DNA of 64,000 bases, from the NCBI GenBank assembly GCA_964016885.1, contig OZ024761.1:8866001-8930000 (forward strand). Reading direction: 5' to 3'. The notes beneath the pieces are model-generated. The model made no database searches, was not told where the DNA came from, and was given only the letters and a program-made list of their open reading frames with translations. This stretch comes from Eledone cirrhosa. Lineage: Eukaryota. Below, in pieces: positions 1-13,280 of the stretch. The translations under genes were made by a program, and so were the position numbers. Each line of letters begins with the position of its first letter. The stretch's first letter is position 1.

Positions 1-384
1 CAATTTATTTTCTTACTTTAAACGTTCGTAAATCGATTAAATAATTCAATATAATTTAATCCTATATATATATAATTACAATTAAAGATTCAGCGAGAAT
101 CGCATTTTCGGTGGGCAGGAAAAGCAAAGGAAACGCAAAAATCAGAAATGATACTGGCAAAGTGCTCAATAGTTAAAAACCAGAGCTAAACAATGTGTTA
201 ATAAGCCATACAAAACTGAAAAGGTGGTCAAGAAGGCATTAACCCCAAGCCCAAAACCAAATGAAGCTAAACAGGTCAAAACAAAATAAATGATAAATGA
301 TAATCAGATGTGTAGTAAAAACCAGGTAGATCACAACCCACCAGAGTACTCGATACTTGGCGTAGTAGAGTGGGTCCTGAATAT

Positions 385-425
<41 letters not shown>

Positions 426-562
426 TACTTTGGGAGGGTCATGTTGCCAATAAGAAACACACGCACCAGTTGCTTTCACTTCAATTTATTATTATAAATT
501 TAGGAATTTATAAATTTCCGGTTGGTTGGTTGGTTCCACAACCAGATGGTTGTTTATATATT

Positions 563-605
563 GTCAAAGTTCTTTCGTCACACATTCTGTGACCTCTTCA
601 GTGAC
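563..605 (-). ncRNA. Minimal type-I hammerhead ribozyme motif
   Basis: gtca CTGAAGA g gtcaca-gaatg-tgtgac GAAA gaac TT tgac. Confidence 0.65.
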
Positions 606-682
606 TGGGGGATTCTTTTCTTTGTTTTTGTGCCTCTCCTTTGTTCTGTCCTACACCATCTTGTTTTATATATACATATACA

Positions 683-1051
683 CAATGATATTAAATGGAA
701 ACTATAAGTATAAAACCATATTTATTCAATTATATATATTTCAAGGGTACCTACATTTTGGTACGCTATCATCAGATAAAATACAAAAAGTTTTATAAAT
801 ATTTGACATGACCTAACGGTTCAAGTTATCCCTGGAAAGTTAGTCCAGGGATAACTTGGACCGTTAAGGTATATCATCCTTGGTCATGTCAAATTTTGGT
901 ACCCTTGAAATATATATAATTGAATAAATATGGTTTTATAAATATAGTTTCCATTTAATATCATTGTATATTTACTCCAGAAACTTGTCGAGTGCTCTGA
1001 ATCAGTTATAAATATTTGCTGTATTTCCAACAAATTAAATATCTCATTCTA

Positions 1052-1054
<3 letters not shown>
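683..1054. mobile_element. Fold-back hammerhead element, family X (Penelope-like, non-autonomous)
   Basis: Inverted arms 683-966 plus a one-sided tail; TA-rich flanks; homologous to the copies at 11301, 22617, 26731 and 44001. Confidence 0.7.
723..783 (-). ncRNA. Hammerhead motif (fold-back family X, slightly degenerate)
   Basis: tattttat CTGATGA tagcgtacc...ggtaccctt GAAA tatata TA attgaata. Confidence 0.6.
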
Positions 1055-1094
<40 letters not shown>

Positions 1095-1096
<2 letters not shown>

Positions 1097-1448
1097 TATC
1101 GCCGTATTTTGACTAAAGAAATTAAAGAAATTATTTAGCCTGATATTGGGGTTAAGAACCCTCAGAGAAATGGAAAAAGATGAGTATTGACGTACATGGG
1201 AGTCGAACCCACATCTTGAGCATTGACGTACATGGGGTTGGTGTAAATGGTAGCACAGTGGTCCGGATAACCAAAGATGTGGGTTCGACTCCCATGTACG
1301 TCAATACCCATCTTTTTCCATTTTTCCGAGGGTTCTTAACCCCACTATCAGGCTAAATAAGTTCTTTAATTTCTTTAGTCAAAATACGGCGATAGCTTAC
1401 ATTTCTAATAATTTCAAACCCACTCGCTGTTTCTAAAATATTCTTACT

Positions 1449-1450
<2 letters not shown>
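1095..1450 (+). mobile_element. Fold-back element with tRNA-like Pol III core, inserted in (TA)n
   Basis: Arms ~1095-1217 and ~1274-1396; A box TGGTGTAAATGG 1239-1250; B box GGTTCGACTCC 1282-1292; one-sided tail to 1450. Confidence 0.6.
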
Positions 1451-1498
<48 letters not shown>

Positions 1499-1592
1499 AG
1501 TAAGAATATTTTCGAAACAGCGAATATGTTGATATGTTGATTTAAAACTGCACTATCCACAAGTGTTTTTTAGCCTTCATATCATGTTCTCC

Positions 1593-1663
1593 TGTTTTAT
1601 CTGATGAAAACACAAATATTATTGCTTGATGATGTTTGTTTTTGAAATGCGTATAATAAAATA
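1593..1663 (+). ncRNA. Hammerhead motif
   Basis: tgttttat CTGATGA aaacacaaatatt...gatgtttgttttt GAAA tgcgta TA ataaaata; 8-bp stem I. Confidence 0.7.
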
Positions 1664-1693
1664 TATGGAACTCCTTTAACCATCTTTTGATCT

Positions 1694-1740
<47 letters not shown>

Positions 1741-2074
1741 TCATCATCATCTAACGTCCTTTTACGGTTCACAATCGCAAGGTCGTGAGATCAATTCCCG
1801 GCGGTGTGTTGTATCCTTGAGCAAGACACTCCATTTCACGTCGCTCCAGTCCACTCAGCTGACAAAAAATGATGAATTGTACCTGTAATATAATGGGTGG
1901 TGGTGGGCAGCCTTGTCACACATTGTGTCGTGCCGAATCTCCCTGAGAAGTTGCTGTGTTAAGGGTGGACTGTATTAAGAGGTCACGCTCTTGCATTGTT
2001 TACTTTCGCGAGCAGGTTGTTCTGCTGATCTAATCAACTGGAACACTCGTCGTCAGAACCGACGGAGGCTCTGC

Positions 2075-2136
<62 letters not shown>

Positions 2137-2287
2137 TACGCAATCATACACCCACGCACATATACACATACATATATATACACACACACACACTGACATT
2201 TACATACACCTACACGTATTTTTTTAATGACATTAACATGTATATTTTCCGAATACATGTCGCCCGAATTGAGTGCTCTACCAATTT

Positions 2288-2325
<38 letters not shown>

Positions 2326-2327
<2 letters not shown>

Positions 2328-2680
2328 GATAAATCTACCAAGAGTTTACGGTAATGTCCAATCCGTATGAAGAACTCAATGTAATCCGGATATCATGGAA
2401 AGAAGAGATGCAATGAAATATCACTTTCGGTGAAAGATAAACGGAATACAGAGTCAAGATAAAATATTAAAAAAATAATGAATAAAACAATGAAACAGTT
2501 CCTTATATTAAACAAAAAAAGTTCATTATTTAACGATCGTTTCTAGGATATATATGTGTTAGAATTGGCATGCATATTCAACAGATCTATGTACAAAATT
2601 ATACAAAATTATACAAACTATCAAGATTAAATATACATACCAACACATATATATGCCGTCTTCAGAAATAAAGAAATATA
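2326..2680 (-). mobile_element. Solo pLTR homologous to the 3' end of the 46008-47530 element
   Basis: Shared TAGATAAATCTACCAA...GAAGAACTCAATGTAATCC...ACGATCGTTTCTAGGAT...GTCTTCAGAAAT; (TA)n flanks. Confidence 0.7.
2525..2672 (-). ncRNA. Hammerhead motif with extended stem II
   Basis: tattt CTGAAGA [~120 nt] GAAA cgatcg TT aaata; homologous to 46167-46302. Confidence 0.55.
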
Positions 2681-2962
2681 TATATATATATGACGAAATA
2701 TAACTGCACACTATTAAGGCTAAATAGTGAGTCTTGTGACGCTGGAGTTTCGCCTGTCATTAGCACTCTACTGCGGTATTGAGTACTCTTCTCTCAGCCG
2801 TCAATCACATACAGATATATATATACGTTTGTGTATGTATATTTGTGTGTGAATGTGTATATGTATGTATATGCGTATGTGTGTATGTATTTATGTGTCT
2901 GTATATATGTATGTATGTGTGTATATGTATGTATCTATGTATATTAATAATAAATATGTATT

Positions 2963-2994
<32 letters not shown>

Positions 2995-3344
2995 TGTATG
3001 TATGTATGTATGTATGTATGTATGTGTATATGTATGTATGTGTAATATATGTAGGTATATATATGTATGTATGTAATATATGTATGTATATATAATATAT
3101 GTATGTAGGTGTGTATATGTATGTATATATATATGTGTGTGTGTAAATGTATGTATGTGTAATATATGTATGCATATATGTATGTGTGTGTATATATGTA
3201 TGTATATATGTATGTATATGTATATAAATGTATATATATGTATATATAAGGGCAATCACATATGTATGTGTGTGTATATATGTATGTATATATGTATGTA
3301 TATGTATATAAATGTATATATATGTATATATAAGGGCAATCACG

Positions 3345-3858
3345 AAAAAGATAGATGGCATGTCAGACCTTGACTACTGGGGTCGATTAGAAAACCTGAA
3401 ACTTTACTCACTCTAACGTCGCCGTGAGCGTTATATTATCTGCATGATGTGGAAAATGTTCCATCATCACTGCCCAAATGATGTTGGCATCGCCTTCAAG
3501 ATACACCCAAGGCTTGGGCCCCGTGCTATCCGTCCCATTCAAAAATCTAAATCGCAACTCATAACAACAATACGGCACAATTATTTCACCTCAATCGGCC
3601 CTGCTCTCTTCAACATCACACCAGGACACGTCAAAACAGAAACTGACCACACAAAATTCAAGAAGTCTTTGGACAAATTCCTCCAAGTAATCCCGGACAA
3701 ACCACCCACACCCGGATATGTCTCCGCAAACAGTAATTCTCTTCTCGAATGGGCCATGGTGCCCAAATCCTGAATTGAAAGACTTCGCCAGGTGGTGCTA
3801 TTAAGTTAGACATGGCCTGGGCCAATACTGGCCAAAACATTTCAAAGTTATTCAAAGT
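3345..3858 (+). mobile_element. CR1-group LINE 3' end
   Basis: DYWGRLENLKLYSL*RRRERY...IGPALFN..P...[14 protein letters not shown]; short repeated TTCAAAGTTA tail. Confidence 0.75.
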
Positions 3859-4063
3859 TATATATGTATGTATATATGTATGTATATATGTGTATATGTA
3901 TGTATATATGTGTATATATATGTATGTATATATGTGTATATATATGTATATATGTATGTATATATGTGTATATATATGTATGTATATATGTGTATATATA
4001 TGTATATATGTATGTATATATGTGTATATATATGTATGTATATATGTGTATCTATCTATCTAT

Positions 4064-4300
4064 CTAAGGCTGGTAAAATTCCCGAGATCCATGGACGAGT
4101 TCTCTCCAGCGGTCTCTGTCCCTCATTATCGCTGCCATATCCTGCATCTCCAACAGACCAGTGTCTGTCCTTAGGGCATCAACATACGTTAACCTTGGTC
4201 TTCCTCTTCTAGTGTGTCCATGTAGGGGCTCCCAAAGGAGCACTGAGTGCAATGTCAACTCTGGATGTCGGTGAGCATGTCCAGCTAACCTCAGTCTCCT
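4064..4300 (-). mobile_element. RTE C-terminal fragment
   Basis: [12 protein letters not shown]...LLWEP.HG...[10 protein letters not shown]...DRDRWR. Confidence 0.75.
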
Positions 4301-5332
4301 CTGTGTATATATATGTATATATGTATGTATATGTATATATATGTATGTATATGTATATATGTATATGTATATAAATATATATATATGTATATATATGTAT
4401 ATATGTATGTATATGTATATATATATGTATGTATATGTATATATGTATGTATATATGCGTATATATATGTATATATGTATGTATATATGTATATATATAT
4501 GCGTATATATATGTATGTATATATGCGTATATATGTATGTATATATGTATATATATGTATATATATGTATATGTGTATATATACATATATATACATATAT
4601 ACATACATATATACACATATATACATACATATATACACATATATATACACATATATACATACATATATATGTATATGTGTATATATATGTGTATATGTAT
4701 GTATATATGTATATATATATGTATATATGTATATATATGTATATGTATGTATATATGTGTATATGTATGTATATATGTGTATATGTATGTGTATATATAT
4801 GTGTGTATATATATGTGTATATATATGTATATATGTATGTATATATGTGTATATATATATATATATGTGTAAATATATGTATATATGTATGTATATATAT
4901 ATATATGTATATGTATGTATATATGTATATATATGTATATATGTATATATGTATATGTATGTATATATGTATATATATGTATATATGTATATATGTATAT
5001 ATGTATATATGTATATATATGTATATATGTGTATATATATGTATATATGTATGTATATATGTATATATGTGTATATATATGTATATATGTATATATATGT
5101 ATATATATGTATATATGTGTATATATATGTATATATGTATATATATATGTATATATGTGTATATATATGTATATATGTATATATATGTATGTATATATGT
5201 ATATATGTGTATATATATGTATATATGTATATATGTGTATATATATGTATATATGTGTATATATATGTATATATATATGTATATATATGTATATATATGT
5301 ATATATGTGTATATATATGTATATATGTATGT
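4301..5332. repeat. Compound (TA/TG) microsatellite; similar tracts at 2815-3340, 3860-4060 and 50665-51603
   Basis: Low-complexity TATG/TATA. Confidence 0.95.
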
Positions 5333-5591
5333 AAGCTAACAGTAGACATATAAACCCCTCACAGATAACATACCTTGTAACATCTAATCAAGATGTGTAT
5401 TTACTGGCTCTTCTCCTAAATCTAATTGGCAATTAATTGAGTTCTATGGCAAAATGTCTGTAAAATAAATGTAGAGGCACCACTAGTCTTTAATATGCCC
5501 AAATAAGGAATATACACTCTTTTACTAAGGTATAAACATCTTTAGAGTATCCGTGTCGCATTGATTATTCCTGTACTTCAGTCGTCTAGAC

Positions 5592-6723
5592 CAGGGTTTC
5601 CCAAACTTTTTCAATTGCGGACCCCTTTTCGGGGAACCCCGAAGTATAATAATTGTTTCTACTTTTGGCACAAGGCCAGCAATGACCCCAGTACATTACT
5701 GGTACTTCATTTTATAATAATTGTTTCTACTTTTGGCACAAGGTTAGGCTCACTTCTCTCACCCACCTTTCAAGAAATTGCTTTGAAGGCAGCACTTCTC
5801 TCTCTACCTTGATTTTCTTCCTCAAGTGAAACCTGAAGAAGTTAATCAGCGCTTCCCCAAAGAGGAAAGTGCTCATCTTCAAACCTTCCAAGCGTGTCCA
5901 CCATACAGACTCTTTTGCCCTGGCCACAAGACATATAAAAAACAGCCTGCCGTTCTTGACTAAAAGAAGGCGGCAGGACAATCTTCACAATGGATTCGGT
6001 TGATAATAATTGTTTCTACGTTAGGCACAAGGCCAGCAATTACGCCAGTACATTACTGGTACTTTATTTTATCGACCTCGTAAGGATGAAAGGCAAAGTT
6101 AACCCCTGGCGGGATTTGAACTCAGAATGGCAAGGGCCGTAACTCTATACGTCAAAGCATGGTGTCCGACCCTCTACCAATACTGCCAATCCACCGCCCT
6201 ATTTGGTTGATAATAATAATAATTGTTTCTAGTTTTGGCACAAGACCAGCAATTATCCCTGTGCATGGATGAAAAGCAAAGTTAGCTGTGGCGGGATTTG
6301 AACTCAGACTGTAAAGGGCCGTAATTCTATGCTGCTAAGCATGCCGTCTGACGTCTGATCCTCTACCGATACTGCCTATCCACTGCCTAATAAAGTCTAA
6401 TAATGTTATCATCATCATCACCATCGATTAACTTCTATCTTCCACGCCAGCATGGGTTAGACGGGTTTGTCCCATTTAGAGGCAAGTTGGGTCGGGTGAC
6501 CATGTCTCGCTCAAATAGGGCTGTTTCTGGCTGGTTTTCTATGGCTGGATGCCCTTCCTAACGCCAACCACATTGATAGTGTGTGTTGGGTGCTTTTTGC
6601 CGTGTCTTTTACACGTTCACTTTGGTCGTAATATAAATATAGCCCTCTACTTTTTTTCATCGACCCTCAGATATTCGTTTGTTGAACCCTTGGGTTCCGT
6701 GGAATCTAATTTGGGAACCACTT
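5592..6723. mobile_element. hAT (Charlie-like) MITE with nested insertions
   Basis: Ends CAGGGTTTCCCAAA and TTTGGGAACCACTT; 8-bp TSD GTCTAGAC at 5584-5591 and 6724-6731. Confidence 0.75.
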
Positions 6724-6972
6724 GTCTAGACCAGAGATAAGGAACCTGCATGCAGCTTTAAGGCAGCTTATGGCCTTCTATGCTATTCTGTAAGAATTAC
6801 AAACAATTTGTAATGTTATTTATACAACTGAATAAAAAAAAAAAGCCCCCAAAAAACACCCATTTCCTCCAAGGAGCAATTTGAGGAAGATTTGGTTGCT
6901 ATTTCTTGCAGATCAGAGATGAGGAACATGTGGCCTTTTAAAAGATTAAAAGAATTCCGACAGATTTTTAAT

Positions 6973-7187
6973 TTAACCTTTTAGCATTTAGATTACTCTA
7001 TATTTACTATTGCATTTTCATGGAAAAGGCTTTATCTCATATAACATGGAATCTATGAAATTTTGATAATATTTATTTTGAGAACAATACCATAACATCA
7101 GTATGAATGGCAAGTTACAGCCAGTTTGAACAGAAAGAGGTGAGAGAATTCTGGCCAGATACAACTGGTTTAAATGCTAAAGGGTTA
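6973..7187. mobile_element. piggyBac-like TTAA MITE (other copies ~13443-13662, 31620-31832, 42798-43301)
   Basis: TTAACC(C/T)TTTAGCATTTA ... TAAATGCTAAAGGGTTAA terminal inverted repeats. Confidence 0.65.
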
Positions 7188-7899
7188 AATCATAAGACAA
7201 ACATATTTTAAATACACACACCCACACACCCAATGGTGACCGACAGTGTGAGTGGAAGCCAGAGCCCCATGGTGGTGAAGGGAATTCTTTAACCATTCTG
7301 TCATTAACCCTGCCAAAATTGGCCCTGGTTCTATGAAATAAAGCCAACCATTTTAAAGGTTTCCAATTCAATTAAAATCTTGCAACATATTTTTATATAA
7401 GAACCTTACATTAAGTGACTATCATAATTTTAGTAAATCTGCCTATGGTTCTATGTAGTAAAACCACCCATTTTAAAAGTTTCCAATTTAAATTAAAATC
7501 TTCTAACATAATTTCATATAAGAAACTTACATTAAGTTACTAACTTAGTAATGAAATAATTAAAATAGTGTGTATTTCATTAGAAATGCGATCATGAAAG
7601 GGATAATGTATCAGAGCTTTCATTACAGTTTTGGGATGGGGTTGGTGATGCTTAAGTTTAAGCATACTGTACATGTATATGTCTGGCAACTGACTTGGTA
7701 AACACCCACAAAATTATTAACCATCTTGCCAACAACAACCCTAAGCACCTTTTTGAATTCCATATGTCTAACACACATGGGCATGCCTACAAAGTAAGAA
7801 AACAACACAGCGCCCATGACTTTCAGAAACATTTTTTCACACTCAGAAGTTTTCACACAAACTGAAGCTGAAGCATATAGACAATATGCCCCCCCCCCC

Positions 7900-8400
7900 C
7901 GGCAAAAAAGCACCCAGCCAACACTGTAAAGTGAACGTGTAGGCGCCACGGAAAAAAAGTACCCAGCCCCACACTGTAAAGTGGACGTGTAGGCGCCACG
8001 GAAAAGCACCCAGCACTCACTGTAAAGTGGACGTGTAGGCGCCACGAAAAAGCACCCAGCCCCACACTGTAAAGTCGACGTGTAGGCGCCACGAAAAAGC
8101 ACCCAGCCCCACACTGTAAAGTGGACGTGTAGGCGCCACGAAAAAGCACCCAGCCCCACACTGTAAAGTGGACGTGTAGGCGCCACGAAAAAGCACCCAG
8201 CCCCACACTGTAAAGTGGACGTGTAGGCGCCACGAAAAAGCACCCAGCACTCACTGTAAAGTGGACGTGTAGGCGCCACGAAAAAGCACCCAGCACTCAC
8301 TGTAAAGTGGACGTGTAGGCGCCACGAAAAAGCACCCAGCCCCACACTGTAAAGTCGACGTGTAGGCACCACGAAAAAGCACCCAGCCCCACACTGTAAA
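7900..8400. repeat. 47-49-bp minisatellite derived from the SINE/RTE tail (also 15230-15680 and 37450-37930)
   Basis: Unit CACTGTAAAGTGGACGTGTAGGCGCCACGAAAAAGCACCCAGCCCCA continues directly into the GTTGGTGTTAGGAAGGGCATCC tail. Confidence 0.9.
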
Positions 8401-9823
8401 TGAGGTTGGTGTTAGGAAGGGCATCCAGCTGTAGAAATCAAGCCAAAATCAGTTCCTGTATGAGCAAGGCATGGTCAGCCGACTGGACAACCCGTCTAAC
8501 CCATGCTAGCGTGGAAGAACGGACGTAAAACGGTGATGATGATGAAGATGATGATGATGAAGATGGTGGTGATGGTGATGATGAGAGTTGCTGAAACATG
8601 GAACAAACCATCAGTTGTTAGCTGCCATGTTTCCTGAAATTCGCCAACACTGCACCTGATATCCCCCTTCATACACATGCACGCATTTGTGTGTGTGTGT
8701 TTCTGCGTGTATATCACAATTCATACAATGTTCACTTTCCTGACATTTGTCCATTATTCTATGTACTATACATGCACCTTTGATGAGTTGTTGTGCACCT
8801 GAGCACTGTACACAATAATTTCATTATATATTATATCATTATATATATTATAATGTATCAGCGCTTCCATTACAGATGGGGCTGGTGGTGCTTAAGTTTA
8901 TATACTGTAAATGTATATCATTATTTGGCAGTATCGGTAGAGGGTCGGACGCCATGCTTTGCAGCAAAGAGTTATGGCCCTTTATGGTCTGAGTTCAAAT
9001 CCCACCGAGGTTAACTTTGCTTTAATCCTTACGGGGTTGATAAAATAAAGTACCAGTAATGTACTGGGGTAATTGCTGGCCTTGTGTCAAAAGTAGAAAC
9101 AATTATTACTAGGTAAAGTGCGGTGGATTGGCAGTATCGGTAGAGGGTCGGATGCCATGCTTTGACGCATAGAGTTACGGCCCTTGCCATTTTGAGTTCA
9201 AATCCCCTCAAGGTTAACTCTGCCTTTCATCCTTACGGGGTCGATAAAATAAAGTACCAGTAATGTACTGGGATCGATTTAACCAACTTTCCGCTCCCTC
9301 CAAATTATGCCTATACTAGAAATTATTATCATTACTAGATAAGCAGTGTATTGGCAGTATTGTTAGAGGGGTGGACGCCATGTTTTCTAGCATGGAGTTA
9401 CATCCCTTTACAGTCTGAGTTCAAATCTCGCCGAGGTTAACTTTGCCTTTCATCCTTACAGGGTCGATAAAATAAAGGTACCAGTAATGCACTGGGGTAA
9501 TTGCTGGCCTTGTGCCAAAAGTAGAAACATTTATTATTACTAGATAAGGGCAACACTCTCTCTCCCTCTTTCTGTCACACACAGACACTCTCTCTCCCCC
9601 CTCCCCCCCCCCCCTCCCCCCCTTCCCTCTCTCTCTATTTATGTACATCTCTTTCACTTGGCACCCTCCCCCTCCTCTCTCTGTATAGACGGGGAAGGGG
9701 GGGGGAACCTCACAACTTTCTGTCTATCTACCTCTTTCTGTCATCTAGAAAACACATGGTAGCCCCCCCCCCCCCTCTCTCTCTCTCTATATATATATAT
9801 ATCTCTCTCGCTTGGTGCTCCGC

Positions 9824-9859
<36 letters not shown>

Positions 9860-9878
9860 CTCTCGTTTGGTGCTCCGC

Positions 9879-9916
<38 letters not shown>

Positions 9917-9933
9917 CTCGCTTGGTGCTCCGC

Positions 9934-9965
<32 letters not shown>

Positions 9966-9984
9966 CTCTCGCTTGGTGCTCCGC

Positions 9985-10020
<36 letters not shown>

Positions 10021-10719
10021 CTCTTGGTGCTCCGCCTCTCTCTCTCTCTCTCTCTATAGATCAGGATGACATCGTGGTGATCATGTGATGATGGCGTGTT
10101 GATGGTGATGGTGATGATGGTGATGATGATATTGATGGTCATGGTGATGATATGATAGTGATAGTGACGATATTGATGGTCATGATGATGGTGATGATGA
10201 TGATGTGATATTGGCGATGGTGATGATGATGATGATGATGATGATATTGATGGTATGTCATGATGTGATGATATTGATGGTGATGATGATGATGGTGATA
10301 ATGATGATGATGATGATGATGGTGATGATGGTGATGATATTGATGATATTGATGATGATGGTGATGATGATGATGATGATATTGATGGTGATGTCATGAT
10401 GTGATGATATTGATGGTGATGATGATGATGGTGATAATGATGATGATGATGATGATGGTGGTGATGGTGATGATATTGATGATACTGATGATGATGGTGA
10501 TGATGATGATGATGATATTGATGGTGATGTCATGATGTGATGATATTGATGGTGGTGATGATGATGGTGATGCGATGATGTGATGATGATAATGATGATG
10601 ATGATGATGATGATAATGATGATGGTGATGATATTGATGATGATGGTGATGATGATGTTAAGGTCCCATATCTTATTTGCTCTCACTTGGGGATTCTATA
10701 TGAACAAAATAATGTAGTG

Positions 10720-11225
10720 TACACACTTACACCTCTCCAAGACAATGTCACTGGACCGAGATCTTTGGCGCTACGCAGTAATACAGAAGACCCGCCTTGC
10801 CTATGTACAATGCGAAACCTACAGTCAGTAGGCACCTCTTAACCAAATATACACCCCATTCCACTACCCCTACCCTATCCTCCCACTCCCACCATCACCA
10901 CCCTCTCTCTGTAAAGTTGGTACCACAACATCCAGTCCAAATAAATGAGATAATGAGATCGAGATCGTGTAGGTGTCACGAGAGAAAAAAACACACAGTC
11001 CACGGTGTAATGGGGCCGTGTAGGTAACATGGTAAAAACCTCCCAGTCCACACTGTAAATGTGGTTGGTGTTAGGAAGGGCATCCAGACGTAGAAAAGCT
11101 GCCAGATAGTCCTACATGAGCGAGACACGGTCACCCGACCAGCCTTGCCTCAAGTGGGACAACTCCCGTCTAACCTATGCTAGCGTCGAAGATGGACGTT
11201 AAACGATGATGATGATGATGATGAG
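10720..11225 (+). mobile_element. RTE 3' end
   Basis: HLHLSKTMSLDRDLWRY and the same 3'UTR and GAT tail as the 24490 copy. Confidence 0.75.
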
Positions 11226-11300
11226 ATGGTGATATATATATATATATATATATATGTAGACATATATATATACAGATATGTATATATATATATATATATA

Positions 11301-11683
11301 CGATATTAAGAAATGGAAACTATATTTATAAAACCATATTTATTAAACCATATTTATTTCATTATACATATTTCAAGGACACCAAGTTAAATTATGGTGT
11401 GCTTTGGAAGTTCCCGGGAACTTCCAACAGTAATGGTTGCATTCTTTAAGGGTATGTCAATATTTATTTATAAAACTGCTCTATATTATATTTTATCTGA
11501 TGAAAGCACACCATAATTTAACTTGGTGTCCTTGAAATATGTATAATGAAATAAATATGGTTTAATAAATATAGTTTCCATTTGTTAATATCGTATTTTT
11601 ACTCCAATAATATGTTGAGCGCTTTATATCAGTTATAAACATATTTGCTTGTTGTATCCCAACAATTTAAATAGAACTTTTAC
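11301..11683. mobile_element. Fold-back hammerhead element, family X
   Basis: Truncated inverted arm, central GGAAGTTCCCGGGAACTTCC palindrome, direct arm with hammerhead and tail; (TA)n-rich flanks. Confidence 0.7.
11489..11553 (+). ncRNA. Hammerhead motif (family X)
   Basis: tattttat CTGATGA aagcacacca...tggtgtcctt GAAA tatgta TA atgaaata. Confidence 0.75.
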
Positions 11684-11702
11684 ATATATATCGATGTATA
11701 TG

Positions 11703-11764
<62 letters not shown>

Positions 11765-11791
11765 TATATACACGCATCTCTCTCACTCTCT

Positions 11792-11889
<98 letters not shown>

Positions 11890-12454
11890 GTGTGTTTCTC
11901 ACCATTCCATAGGTCAGGAGATAACTATATTTACTGTAGCAAAATACATCTCTGTTACTACCTGCTGCCATACATCCTTGGTACCAACACCTTGACTAAT
12001 ACTACCAGTGCTACCTGCTGCTATATATCCTTAATACCAACACTACCACCACCATCACCACCACCACCACCACCAACCACCATCACAACCTCCACCGCCG
12101 CCACCACAACTAACACCACCACCACCATCAAAACTAACACCACCATCACCACAACTAACACTACCATCACCGCCACCACCACCACAACTAACAACATTAC
12201 CACCACAACTAACACTACCACTACCACCATAAAAAAAAAACCCACCACCACCATCATCACAACCACCATCATCACTACAACTACCACCACAACTACACCA
12301 ATACCACCACGTTAATATACAACTACCTCAACACTCTCTACATTTATCTTTAACACTGGAACTACCAATAAATTCCCACTTCCTTAACCCTTTCATTACC
12401 TTATTCCTTGTGAAATGAATCTGTCTTTGAATTAATTAATGAAGAATTTTGAGA

Positions 12455-13280
12455 ATTGCCGGAGCTGGTGAAGTAATGAGCCAGCTTCAGTATTCAGTAA
12501 TCAGAAGAAGGGAGGTAGGTGTAAAAGCCAAACTCGCTGTCTTCAATTCGGTATTTATGCCAACCCTTACCTATGGTCATGTATCTTGTGTAATGACTGA
12601 AAGAATACAATCGCAAATACAAGTGGCTGAGATGGGATTCCTCCGAAGGGTCTTTGCAGTAAGGTTATTCAATAGATTGCATAGCTTGGAGATCAGAGAG
12701 TCACTCCAGGTAGAGCTGCTACTTCTCCGAATTGAGAGATCACAGCTCTGATACTATGGACATGTGGTTAGAATGTCTCAGGAAAGAATCACTGGACAGA
12801 TTTGTAGCTCAGAGATCAGAGAGTCACTCTAGGTAGAGCTGCTACTTCTCCGAATTGAGAGATCACAGCTCCTATACTATGGACATGTGGTTAGAATGTC
12901 TCAGGAAAGAATCACTGGACAGATTTGTAGCTCGGAGATCAGAGAGTCACTCCAGGTAGAGCTGCTACTTCTCCGAATTGAGAGATCACAGCTCCTATAC
13001 TATGGACATGTGGTTAGAATGTCTTAGGAAAGAATCACTGGACAGATTTGTAGCTCGGAGATCAGAGAGTCACTCCAGGTAGAGCTGCTACTTCTCCGAA
13101 TTGAGAGATCACAGCTCCGATACTATGGACATGTGGTTAGAATATCTCAGGAAAGAATCACTGGACAGATTTGTAGTTCAGAGATCAGAAAGTCACTCCA
13201 GGTAGAGCCACTACTTCTCCGAATTGAGAGATCACAGCTCGCTCTGATATTATGGACATGGGGTCAGAATGTCTTGGGAA
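12455..13280 (+). mobile_element. RTE (Rex3/Expander-like) fragment with ~5 tandem 122-bp copies
   Basis: PTLTYGH..VMTERIQSQIQVAEMGFLRRV...LLLRIERSQL.YGHVVRM; unit period 12683 to 12805. Confidence 0.75.

Noticed and set aside
1236-1303. Functional tRNA gene
   Set aside because: Acceptor stem is not properly formed (the matching 5' strand is a displaced duplication) and the anticodon loop lacks U33; treated as tRNA-derived.
2779-5353. YI/MY/CV-rich ORFs (also 50555-51628, 35030-36328, 49191-49950, 53392-53874)
   Set aside because: Translations of micro- and minisatellites.
5374-5457. Minus-strand segment with good acceptor and donor
   Set aside because: Stops in all three frames; at best a UTR or alternative terminal exon, which the sequence alone cannot support.
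8608-8655. Extra minus-strand exon (CSVGEFQETWQLTTD)
   Set aside because: Purine-rich acceptor, and its phase does not fit the preceding 13-nt candidate exon.
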